This document shows positions 38,701 through 50,417 of a stretch of DNA of 64,000 bases, piece after piece (positions within the stretch are counted from its first letter, which is position 1; the number at the start of each line of letters is the position of its first letter). Source of the stretch: Anthoceros angustus (Eukaryota > Plantae > Anthocerotophyta); assembly GCA_010909165.1 (NCBI GenBank), contig MU008158.1, positions 2,443,478-2,507,477 on the forward strand, written 5' to 3'. Position numbers and translations under genes: made by a program. Under the pieces are notes generated by a model. The model had not been told where the DNA came from, searched no databases, and saw nothing but the letters and a program-made list of their open reading frames with translations.

Positions 38701-39891
38701 TACTGAATGTCTAGTCAAGGCTTCTGAATGTTTGCTTAAGGTGTGCTCAAGGCTATCGAAGGTCTGTTGAAGGTTCTTGCATGTCTACTCAAGGGTGCTA
38801 AAGGATGCTCAAGGTGTGCTCAAGGTCTGCACAGGCTTATGGGTCCCTTACTTTGTGGCCTAGTTTCAAGTTTGAGGGGGTTAGCCAGATGGCTGCTTGC
38901 GCTAAGGTGCAAGTGCCAATGTTCCTGGCACAGCCCTAAGAAACAAAAAAGGAATAATGGTTGAAGAACCTCTTGTCTATTTGCTGTGAAGCAAAATAGT
39001 AGATAGATCGGGCCTTGGTATGGAATACCGATCTCGTGAAGCCCTTTAGGGTTTTTCGATGGTGACAAAAGAAGTTTTGGCGGAAAACTTTTGGTGTCAC
39101 ACACTTGACGACATCAGCCGCGGGCGCCGCCTCGTGTCCGATCTCGTCACTAAGCATGGTGTGTGTGAAGATTCTTTTAGGTTTTGACACAAGGTTTTCT
39201 TTTTAGTCACAGGGCATGGGCCATCGCATCCATTCGCATGACCCCATCCGCGTCGGTTGCCGAACCGTCACGTGCCTTTATGGCAGCGTGGAGGAGCCAT
39301 CCGCGCCGGCGCCACGGCCTTCGCAGCCTTTGTGGTCGAGTAGCTTGAGGCGGGCACGCCGCGCGCTCGCGTGCACGTCTGTCGGCATTTGGCAGCCATA
39401 TAGCCTCGCGCTCGTAGCAGCGCACAACATCTTCACAGGGCTTTATTCGACCACAAGAAAGCCACCAGGCTCACGCCCGGATGCACACCGGATCGAGCAT
39501 GTTCGAGGCTAACATCCGGGCCACGCGACGGTGAAAGGAAGCGCAGTCTTGAACGACTAGCATGCCTGATCGGGGCTTCCACCGGGGCCGAGACATGTCC
39601 GATCCGATATATATGTCCATGTGTGGTGCAGGAAAACCCTAAACATGAGTATGTGTGTTTGACATAAACCCTAAATGGCAGAAAGAAAAGTGGATGACCA
39701 GATCGGAACACGAGGGGGCAAGTTCCGAGACAAAAAAACTTTGTGGCGCCTACGGCCCGTCGGCCGCTGATGTGGTGCGTATGTGATGAAGGAATCTTGA
39801 AGATGGGCAGGCATCTTCATGTAGAATACCGGAAGAAAAAAACTTGTCACACACACCCGGCTTAGTGACGAGATCGGTATTCCATACCCTG
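35775..39891. repeat. Higher-order tandem repeat (~650-bp unit x4, ~480-bp unit x2) with hAT-like termini
   Basis: Units start at GTATGGAATAC (35860, 36517, 37162, 37801, 38378, 39018). An inverted copy GTATTCCATACCCTG ends at 39891. Internal AAGGTGTGCTC-type minisatellite. Confidence 0.8.
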
Positions 39892-40925
39892 GTGCTGTCG
39901 AAGGCTCTTCATTGTAGGGCGTTCCTCACGGAGAGCGCTTTCACCCCGGTTTTCCAGCTGTCCCCCCGAGTTTTGGCCGCCACTCTCCTAGCCCACTTTC
40001 AGCCTGCTCCCTTGGCGAATCCTTTGCAAATGTTCTCATTTCGGAATGAGTTGGTACTAAGGGTTGGAGATGCAAGGCCCATTCCTACGGAAGCCTGGTC
40101 TTTTCTACCTGAAGATGGGCCTCTGGGGCTTAGTGTGGCAGACAAAGTTGTGCATGATCCCTCTTGAATTGTCCGAGCAAAGTTTCTAATCTTGCATCAC
40201 TTGCAGCATCGACGGTTTCTGATGCTGTTCAGGGAGTTGCAGCGTCGTGTCCATCGCCGCGTTGGCCGTGATGAGAAACTCATCACTGCCAACCTGGTGT
40301 CCGCGGGCGCGAAGCGGCGAGCAATTCAATTATCGTCATTTGTCCACCGCAATCCGTAAGTGCCACCGCAATGGCTGGCCTTCTGCTGTATCCTGCTTTT
40401 TTTTTTTCCAATCTAAAACTTGATTGCACCAAAAAAACAAAACAAAAAATATGTATCGCACGCATAAAGATTCACGAACATCTAATTGAGAAAGAGAGCT
40501 ACCTATTTCAGAGTCGGGACAGGGAACTAAGTATGGACCTAAAAGTGAGAGGTGCTCGCATGAGTCTTCCCCGTCAGCTGGCCCTAGGCTAGCATGAAGT
40601 AATTGAGGCAATCCAGCATGCCTCAACGGAATACTATCGATCTCGATCCGACCCTTGATGTCGAGTTTCTGATGATTGTACCCGTAGGTATTCCATAAGA
40701 TCCTCGCAAGGAGGAGCTGGGCTTTCCTTGCAAGCGTGGTGTGTAATGTATGTGTGTGTAGGCACTGTAGGGGAAGCTCAGAGCACGGCCCTGCCGACGA
40801 AGGCTTGATGGCTTCATCAACAATTATTACTTTGATTGCGAGTTCCAGGTGCGCTTCTAACATCAGCAAATTTCGCACACGAGGTGGCCTTCCAGCCATA
40901 GGCCCAGTGCGTGCTCCTGCGATCC

Positions 40926-43300
40926 ATGGGTGGTGGGTTCGTTGGTATTCTACGGAGTGCTTCATTGACGTCAAAGAAGCGGGCGTGGGTGCACAACCCA
41001 GTGAGGCAGTGCAGCATCTTGGCAAGAAACGCGGCCGGTCCAGGGGGATGTCTGGCTGGCGAGGAAGCTTCCAGCGACGGTAGTCGCGAAGAGGATTTAT
41101 GTGGGCAAATTTTTGGGGACCCCATGCTTCGGCGGGATGGCAGGCAAACTATGAGCAGGCATGCAGGTGACGATAGGAGCGTGACGGCGGAAGCCGTGGG
41201 CAAGCTGTGCCGTGAGAGCCGACTTAGTGAGGCTGTGGAGGCTTTGGAAGTTCTTGTGCACAGAGGGCGCTGTGTTTTCGTGTCACTGTTTATCACGGTG
41301 CTGAAGAAATGTTTACCGAAAAAGGATGTTGTTCTGGGTAGCCGCGTCCATGTCTTGGCGGTGAGAAAGGGGTATCTGTCGGACACGGTAATGGGCAACC
41401 TCGTTCTGCGACTGTATGCTTCCCATGGCAGGTTGCAAGACGCGATGGATGTATTTGAATCGGTTTCCAAGCCAGATGCCTTGTCCTGGTCTGCTATAAT
41501 CTCTGCGCATGTTAAGCAGGGACGAGACAAGCAGGCCATAGAGCTGTATCATCAGATGCGTGGGTCCGGTGTGAAGCCAGATGGGCATGTTTTTGTGGCA
41601 TCCCTTCGGGCTTGTGCAAGGGGATCGGACTTGAAGACTGGGCAGCAGGTGCATGCTGATGTGCTGGCTAGCGGCGTTGAGCCTGATGCATTCGTTTCCG
41701 GCTGCTTGGTGGACATGTATATCAGGTGTGGGAGCCTGGAGGAGGCCCAGGGTGTGTTTGACGGACTTGGAAAGAAGAATGTGGTGACATGGACTGCCAT
41801 GATAGCAGGATATGCGCAGAAGGGTATGGGCCAGAAAGCCCTTTGGCTCTATGCTCCTATGCAAGAAGAAGGCATGGCTGTACCTGATTCCGTGACATTT
41901 GTGTGCCTCCTACAGGCATGCGCAAGGGTGGGCACTTTGGCTTTGGAGAAGGGGAAGGATCTTCATGCTCAAATAAGGGAAGGAGGACATGAAGATGATG
42001 TGTTTGTGTCCAACAGCTTAGTGAACATGTATGCAAAGTGTGGCAGCTTGGAAGATGCTCAGAGAGTATTTGATAGACTTTGTCGCAAAGATGTGGTCAC
42101 GTGGACTGCCATGATAGCAGGATATTCCCAGAAAGGTATGGGGCAGGAAGCCCTTCGTTTGTACAGTGCTATGCAAGAAGGAGGCATGGCCGTACCCAAC
42201 TCTGTAACATTTGCCTGCCTGTTGCAGGCCTGTGCAAGTGTGGGCACCCCTGCATTTGAAAAGGGTAAGCATCTTCATATGCAGATTAGAGAACAGGGAC
42301 ATGAAGCTGATGAGTTTGTAGCTAGCAGTCTGGTGAACATGTATGCGAAATGCGGAAGTTTGGAAGACGCGAAGAGAGTGTTTGACAGGCTCGCCCAAAA
42401 AAATGTGGTGACGTGGACTGCTATGATAGCGGGATATTCCCAGGAGGGCATGGGCCAGGAAGCCCTTCGTCTTTACAGTGCTATGCAAGAAGGCGGCATC
42501 GGTGTTCCTGATGCTGTGACATTTGTCTGCCTTTTGCAGGCATGTGCGAATGTGGCAGCTTTGTATCTTTGAAGGCAGCTACATGCACAGATTGTACAAC
42601 AAGGGCTTGAGATGGATCAGTTCTTAGCTGGCAGTTTGATCAACATGTATGGAAAGTGCGGGAGCATGATCGATGCACAGCAGGTATTTGATTCATCGCT
42701 TGTGAGAGATGTTTGCGCTTGGAGCGCACCGATTGCAGGCTACGCTTGTCGAGGAGAGAGTGACGTCGTCTTCCACTTGATCCAAAGAATGCACGAAGCT
42801 GGCATTCGCCCAAATGGCGTCACGTTCCTTAGTGTACTAACCGTATGTAGTCATGCGGGGACTAGTCAAGAAGGGGTGGGAGTACTTAGAGGCTATGATC
42901 AGACACTACGGCATCACTGCTACCGAGGACCACTACACGTGCATGGTTGATCTCTTGGGCCGTGCGGGACACGGGGATGAGGCTCTGGCTTTGGTAAGTT
43001 CAATGCCTGTCTTGCCTAATGCCGCGATGTGGCACACCCTGTTAGCAGCTTGTCAAAAGTGGAGTAATGTGGAGGTGGGACGCCATGCTTTCAACGAAGC
43101 AATTAAGCTGGAGACGAAAGACGCGGCAGCATATGTGTTGATGTCGAACATATATACCGGTGCCCAGATGTGGGAGCAGGCAAAGGAATTACAGGCAAGG
43201 AGAAAGAGAGTCAGGGCATGGAAGCAGGCAGGTCAGAGCTGGTGGACGGACAAGGACGGCTGGTGCATAGTTTTCTGGTTGGAGATGATCTCAACTCCAG
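40926..43300 (+). pseudogene. PLS-class PPR protein with E domain (organellar RNA-editing factor type), disrupted in this assembly
   Basis: Repeats of VTWTAMIAGY / PDSVTFVCLLQACA / SLVNMYAKCGSLEDA, then CSHAG-LV, HYTCMVDLLGRAG, W.TLLAAC, AAYVLMSNIY, GQSW. In-frame TGA at 42570-42572 and frameshifts near 42860 and 43260. No DYW domain seen. Confidence 0.88.
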
Positions 43301-43566
43301 AATCAAGCAAGGCTGAGGCAGGTCTTTCCATGATGAAAGAGGTAACGTGCAGGAGAGTGACACCGCCAGAGTGCCGGTGAATCCATATGTGCTTCCGCTA
43401 GAGGTTGCAAAGATGGATGCTAGACACTGACATCGCCAAATTTCGACCTAGGTTCACATGTGCACACTACCCTGACTCCAGATATATTTTATTACTATCA
43501 GTAAACGGGGGATAAACCAGTCCTCCCACGCTCTTGACTCTCCTACGACGCTGAAACCACGTCTGC

Positions 43567-43949
43567 TCATCGGCCCGAGAAGAAACGACTCCAGGATTGC
43601 CAAGGGAGGAATCCTCCGCAGCCATTGCACCGGAAGTAGTAATCCTTGCGCTTCACCAGCCCCGATCCCCCGCACACCTGACACCGTCGCTGCTGCGCTA
43701 TGCGCTTGCCAAACTCCACACCCGCAATCACGAAGGGTGCCACCCCGGCCGCAGCCCCCGCGTAAATCTGCCACGACGCTTGTGGCTCGAAAGAAGTACT
43801 CGCTTCTGCCACCTGCTGCAGCAGCGACGCCTGCACGCACACTCGCCGGCGCACGCAAGCTCGCTGCTGCCGGCACCGGCTCGCTGCATTTACACCGCGT
43901 CCGTAGCCCGCCAGCCACGCCCCGACCCTAGAGCTCCTGCGTCCGCCAT
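43567..43949 (-). CDS. Small plastid-type DnaJ-like Zn-finger membrane protein, copy 1 (frameshift near N-terminus)
   Basis: SWQIYAGAAAGVAPFVIAGVEFGKRIAQQRRCQVCGGSGLV..YFRCNGCGGFLPWQSWSRFF: TM helix + CxxCxGxG + CxxCGG, a conserved green-plant small protein. ATG 43949 is out of frame. Confidence 0.8.
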
Positions 43950-45463
43950 AGCCACCAGGCTCAAATCGTCGACGTGACCTCAGCCTATTGCTGCTTTCAG
44001 TTTACCGGTTGCGTAAAAGACGCACGAACGGCTTGGGCAATGGTTGGATGTCATCGTTTCACCTGTTACTGATCAAGAAATGCAAATGATGCTTTCCTGC
44101 GAAAGCACCACTTTCGGCAAGCGACGCTCCAGCAAGTGGCTGGACCAAATTCAGGCGCGTCTGCAACGGGTTTACAACTTTACGCTGCGATCTCATTTCT
44201 GATAGGTACATAGATGGCGTAGGGACTAATTTATATGATTTGAAGTATTATTAAATTTTTATTAGAGGGTATTTTATACTTATAATGAGTAGGTATTCTT
44301 CCCGTTTTTACGGATTCGGGTTTTTGGCGCCACCCAGGAAGACAAGGGGTCCACATTGGGATCCATCCGTTTAGGACTTAAACAAATAAAATTTATAAAC
44401 TGCATTTCGGATGTCTTAGTACTTTGTATAAGATTTTTCCTCTCATAGCTTGATCATGCTAATCAAGTCATAGCAACATTCACAAGAGTGCTTTTTATGG
44501 AATATGTAGCTAACACCCTTGTACACGTGAACTTCCATCCACATGTAATTATAAAATATAGATGAGTAAGATTTGAATGAATCCCACGATGCAAAAGTGT
44601 CGTGGAATCAGCAGAACACCTATAGGATGGTTACAATTCACAAGCTTGTCACTTTGCATAAGCAGCAAAAACTAAACATGATGGTAAACGCTTTGGCTGC
44701 TCGATTGGTAGCATGGCTAGCTAAATGTAAAGCACACGAGCATCAAATCAGCAGAAAACTACTAATTAATTCCTTTCAACAAGATGTGTATGCGTCATTC
44801 TCATACAACAACTTAAAGGATATGCTAGACATACATTATTGTGCCAGGTGACTAATCAACTATGTTGAAAGACGTGCTTAGACATCTGACACGAAAACAA
44901 AACGCACAATTCATTCTGCAAGACTTGCCCGGATGCTGCTTGTCAAAAGTGGAGTAATGTGGAGGTGGGACGCCATGCTTTCAACGAAGCAATTAAGCTG
45001 GAGACGAAAGACGCGGCAGCATATGTGTTGATGTCGAACATATATACCGGTGCCCAGATGTGGGAGCAGGCAAAGGAATTACAGGCAAGGAGAAAGAGAG
45101 TCAGGGCATGGAAGCAGGCAGGTCAGAGCTGGTGGACGGAGAAGGACGGGCTGGTGCATAGTTTTCTGGTTGGTGATGATCTCAACTCCAGAATCAACCA
45201 AGGCTGAGGCAGGTCTTTCCACGATGAAAGAGGTAACGTGCAGGAGAGTGATACGGCCAGGCATAGAGTGCCGGTGAATCCATATGTGCTTCCGCTAGAG
45301 GTTGCAAAGATGGATGCTAGACACTGACATCGCCAAATTTCGACCTAGGTTCACATGTGCACACTACCCTGACTCCAGATATATTTTATTACTATCAGTA
45401 AACGGGGGATAAACCAGTCCTCCCACGCTCTTGACTCTCCTACGACGCTGAAACCACGTCTGC

Positions 45464-45843
45464 TCATCGGCCCGAGAAGAAACGACCCAGGACTGCCAAG
45501 GGAGGAATCCTCCGCAGCCATTGCACCGGAAGTAGTAATCCTTGCGCTTCACCAGCCCCGATCCCCGCACATCCGGCACCGTCGCTGCTGCGCTATGCGC
45601 TTGCCGAACTCCACACCGCAATCACGAAGGTGCCACCCGGCCGCAGCCCCGCGTAAATCTGCCACGACGCTTGTGGCTCGAAAGAAGTACGCTCGCTTCT
45701 GCCACCTGCTGCAGCAGCGACGCCTGCACGCACACTCGCCGGCGCACGCAAGCTCGCTGCTGCCGGCACCGGCTCGCTGCATTTACACCGCGTCCGTAGC
45801 CTGCCAGCCACGCCCCCGACCCTAGAGCTCCTGCGTCCGCCAT
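45464..45843 (-). pseudogene. DnaJ-like Zn-finger gene, copy 2 (N-terminus in frame, several downstream frameshifts)
   Basis: MADAGALGSGAWLAGYGRG..QASLLQQVAEAS is in frame; the rest is split over ORFs 45593, 45549 and 45364. Confidence 0.75.
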
Positions 45844-47462
45844 AGCCACCAGGCTCAAATCGTCGACGTGACCTGTGCCTATTGCTGCTTTCAGTTTACC
45901 GGTTGCGTAAAAGACGCACGAACGGCTTGGGCAATGGTTGGATGTCATCGTTTCACTCGTTACTGATCAAGAAATGCAAATGATGCTTTCCTGCGAAAGC
46001 ACCACTTTCGGCAAGCGACGCTCCAGCAAGTGGCTGGACCAAATTCAGGCGCGTCTGCAACGGGTTTACAACTTTACGCTGCGATCTCATTTCTGATAGG
46101 TACATAGATGGCGTAGGGACTAATTTACGGCGATTTGAAGTATTATTAAATTTTTATTAGAGGGTATTTTATACTTATAATGAGTAGGTATTCTTCCCGT
46201 TTTTACGGATTCGGGTTTTTGGCGCCACCCAGGAAGACAAGGGGTCCACATTGGGATCCATCCGTTTAGGACTTAAACAAATAAAATTTATAAACTGCAT
46301 TTCGGATGTCTTAGTACTTTGTATAAGATTTTTCCTCTCATAGCTTGATCATGCTAATCAAGTCATAGCAACATTCACAAGAGTGCTTTTTATGGAATAT
46401 GTAGCTAACACCCTTGTACACGTGAACTTCCATCCACATGTAATTATAAAATATAGATGAGTAAGATTTGAATGAATCCCATTTATGCAAAAGTGTCGTG
46501 GAATCGCAGTAACACCTATAGGATGGTTACACCACAAGCTTGTCACTTTGCATAAGCAAAAACTAAACATGATGGTAAACGCTTATCGCTGCTCGATTGG
46601 TAGCATGGCTAGCTAAATGTAAAGCACACGAGCATCAAATCAGAAAACTACTAATTAATTCCTTTCAACAAGATGTGTATGCGTCATTCTCATACAACAA
46701 CTTAAAGGATATGCTAGACATACATTATTGTGCCAGGTGACTAATCAACTATGTTGAAAGACGTGCTTAGACATCTGACACGAAAACAAAACGCACAATT
46801 CATTCTGCAAGACTTGCAGCCAGATGCTGGCCAGTGTAGGAAACATTGAGTCACATATTGTTCATAGCACAGGTTCCATTCAAGCTTCAACTGCACAAGA
46901 AGATGATATCTCCAACACGTCTGTAAAGAATGTACACCGCTACAGACTTGTCCCAAGACGTCTAATTATTGTCATAGCCCCCGTCTTGCCTCCCTCTTGT
47001 AGAGTAATAGCCTCCACAAATAAATCATGATCCATGTCTCCACGCTCGCAGCCTGGCCTTCGTAGATCCTATTCCTTCTCTAGTTGGTTGCGCCACTTCC
47101 AGCAGTCCCCATCAGGTGCTCCAGGAGCTATGCTTGTTAGGGCTACGCCTCATCATTTACTTGGTTGCATCGTGTATACCTAGCAATGTCACTAATTGCA
47201 TATTTGACATACACATGCATCATGTAATCTAGCTTATCTACTTTATGAATATGAATGGCATTTATACACATGCCAGCGTCAAGAGGGCATAAGGGTAGCA
47301 AGAGAAGGGAGATGTATGATTGTTCACTTGGAGCCTTAATCTGGTCTTTTTCCTCATGATTTTACCATGAATTCATCTTGAGTTAAGTCTTCATGTCAGT
47401 CTCACAAGTGGATTGTGAAGGCTTTTTATGTCACAAAACTCTATGTTCATATGGACATGCTC

Positions 47463-47527
47463 TAGCTATAGCTATAGCTATAGCTATAGCTATAGCTATA
47501 GCTATAGCTATAGCTATAGCTATAGCT
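47463..47527. repeat. (TAGCTA)n self-complementary hexamer microsatellite, about 11 copies
   Basis: Directly visible. Confidence 0.97.
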
Positions 47528-48599
47528 TATGTACCACATTTATCAGCTACCAAGAAGCAGCGGATCAAACACAACCTCTTATGCAAGACATCACCATATC
47601 TAATTTTAGTAGACCACAGCGAAGAGGCATGCAAACGGAACCATAATGACCCTGCTATTGTGCTATAACTGGATGATTTTTTGTTGACACGTGAGATAAA
47701 GAACATTGGATATGAATTGAAACTTCAACAAGTTAGGTCTACTAGAAAGTGGAGATAGGCTTCACGTTTTAAAGACAACAATTGCAATGTGCAACTTTGA
47801 CCTGTTTAAAATAAGCAAACCCTTATTTTGCGGGTTTTTCCAAAAACAGGGGCAAAAAACACACATTCTGAAGAGCCCATAGTGGTCTAAAACACCATTT
47901 TTACTTAATCATAACATTCGACTTATTTAAGAATGGTCCAAGGTTGGACTAGGTTTAAAAAATTCTCAAGATTTAAAGAATTTTGTCGTAATGCAATCAC
48001 CAAAGCGGTTAAACAAGGTCTCCTTAGGAATAGTGATACACTCCACTTTTAGAAGACGGGCCATAATCTCAGCAAAATTAACGGTCAAGAAAAATGGAAA
48101 CATTGATTTTGAGGGTTTTCACAAAGCGGGGGCTAAAAATACCACGCAAACCACACCCAAAACCAGTCCCCTTCATCAAACCTCAAATTTTATTGTCAAT
48201 ATTTCCACACCTCAATGGAGCATGGTCAAACAAAATGGCCCTTTGAGGGGAAAAAATAGGGATCCTTATAAATTCTAGTGTTGCAAGGTAGTTTGTTTAT
48301 TTCCATGTATTTTAATCCGTATCACTATTTTGGGAGACATTACGACAAAAGCTAATTGTACAAATATGCCTGTGGAAAAATACAGACCATCATATAACAC
48401 AATTGGAGAAAATGCACTGCTAGCGGGCTCACCGTTTTAAGCCCTACGCCATATCCATAATAAAATCAAGGAATAGTATTATTCAAATATACCTCCCCAA
48501 GGTACATAGTACGAGCTGTTATATACATTTTTCACTAATAAACTATTGGTAAACAAATATGGTGTAGTTCACAAATAACCACCCCTTCAGTCCATGCCA

Positions 48600-50417
48600 T
48601 GTGAACTTGGCGTGGCTGCGAGATTCCTCGCCTGCCCAATCGATTTAACTGGCGATGGAGACGGGCCAAGAAGCCGGCAAAGACGCCACCGCCGAGCACC
48701 TATGGCGAAGGGAGTATCGGGTGCTCCGGGCGCATGTGGAAGAGGCAATACAACAAGTCGACTCGGACTTTGCCTACTACCACGCTGAGCTCCTCAAGGC
48801 TTTGGAGGTTTCGCGTCACCCACGACAACTGGACGGACCTCCGGAGGGATTAGAAGGAGGGGGAGGAGAAGAAGGGCCCGGGGACAGCACCGGGGCCTTG
48901 GTGGCATTGTTCGGGGACGACGGCAGCGAAGGAGAGGAGCCCTGTGAGGAGCGAGCGGCCAATGTGGCGGGCATGTCATGCCCGCCACACCTCATTGAGG
49001 TAAGCCAGCCGCAACCCTTGGGGAGAATAGGAACGAGGGCCCCGAAAGGCGTGGAGAGGAAGAGGACCGGAGGGACCCGAGCCAGGAGGAGGGTCCGGTG
49101 AGTGGGGGGACCCCCAGAAGTCCAAGAACCGGAGGTTCAGGACTTGGGGTCCGGACTTAATAATAAGTTCGGACGCCGAGGTCCGAACCCGAGACGCAGA
49201 CTGACCTCGAGGTCCGGACTCCAGAAATAAGGCCGATCCTTGAAGATCGGACCCTTGAGTCGAGACCGGACCCGAGGTCCGGACTCAGGAGGAGAGAGGG
49301 AGTCACCACCGCTTTTCAGCGGCGGGGCCATCCGTGGCCCTCTGTATGGGACCCACTCGGAGGCCAGGAGAGGAGGATGTGGTGGTTACCGCGATTGTCA
49401 GACCGCCGCCGGTAGCCCAACCTGACAGGATCTCGGGAAGGGGAAGGGCCCTCGGATCATCCGATTGCGCACCGTGAATCGCCGTGGTGGAATTGGGTCA
49501 TCGGCGCCGAGGCGAAACCAAGGGCACTCCCAGGCCCACCGCCGACGACGGAGATAGGCGGAAGGGGAAGATAGTAGGCGGCTGATTAGGGCACACTGAG
49601 CTGGCCACCAGCTCAGAATAGGAGTGTAATAAAGACGCCGCCCTTGGGCGTAGTATAAGAGGGCCGGAGCTGCTCTAGTAAAGCATCTTTCTCTTGGGGT
49701 GGATACCGCGTTTCCTTGTAGACCCTTGTGCGTCTTTTGCTAACGTGAGTCCTGAGTCACTAAGGTGCACGGCGTACCGAGGGATCGATCAAGGTCCCGT
49801 GACGGACCCTAACGTGTGGTGGTGTGTGCAGGGGTGGATGATCGGGGACCCTTGCTCATCAGCGGCGTCCGACCGGACGGGACGCTGAGCTGGGGAACTC
49901 CGGGAGGGCGTGAAGAGCCCGAACGGAGAGGCCCAGCGGAACGACGGAGGAGGTCCGAACCACGCAGCCCACCCACTCTTTTTCCAAGAACGATGAGTGT
50001 ATTGAGAGTGGTGAGAAGAATGGACTAGACGGACAAGGGACGGACTGATCGGGGATGGACGCGAACGAGTCCTTAAACGTTTCGCCACACCGGGCCTGTT
50101 CGGTGAATGTTAAGAGTAGTTAGTCGAGAACTGCGTATGCGCTGGTCCGAACGGTCACGACGTTCGGGGAAAATCGGTTGAAAACGTACAAACGGAGCCT
50201 ATCATTCTCTTTGGGAACGGACCCTTGCTACAACGACAGGATTTATGGTGGCCGTCGGTAGTTGCGCCACACCAAACGAGACCGGCATTGCGTTTCGCGG
50301 CTTTTTTTCTCTTGAGGATAGAGCGCAAAATGAGAGATGGAGGGTTTGTTGCACAAAAGGCAAGTAATGTCAGAATTTGTCTTTGCTGCCGCTTTTGCCC
50401 CGCTCTGTGCAAAAGCA
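48600..50417. mobile_element. 1.8-kb LTR-retroelement-derived insert, TG..CA ends, 5-bp TSD TGCCA
   Basis: TGCCA at 48595-48599 and 50418-50422. The paralogous empty site GTCCATGCCATGACA is at ~58633-58647. Inside: PBS-like sequence at 48608, 148-aa ORF at 48655, purine tract then TGTGG at 49378, TATA at ~49654. Confidence 0.72.

Larger units (their letters stand above)
43045..46829. repeat. 1.89-kb tandem duplication (43045-44938 / 44935-46829)
   Basis: Offset 1890 bp at the start (TGTCAAAAGTGGAG at 43051 and 44941). The copies differ mostly by small indels. Confidence 0.95.

Noticed and set aside
39892-40900. Possible gene fragment on the minus strand next to the hAT-like terminus
   Set aside because: No recognisable homology or consistent splice structure.
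42570-42572. Stop codon repaired by U-to-C editing or selenocysteine readthrough
   Set aside because: Nuclear gene; the homologous residue is Gly (GGA), not Arg or Cys, and further frameshifts follow.
16920-43949. Apparent cluster of plastid-related genes (CCB3, FAD5, FtsZ1, PPR, Zn-finger)
   Set aside because: Unrelated pathways, interspersed with non-plastid genes, and plastid-targeted genes are common; no evidence of a functional cluster.
46830-47140. Possible LINE 3' remnant on the minus strand
   Set aside because: No convincing zf-RVT or RT motif can be read.
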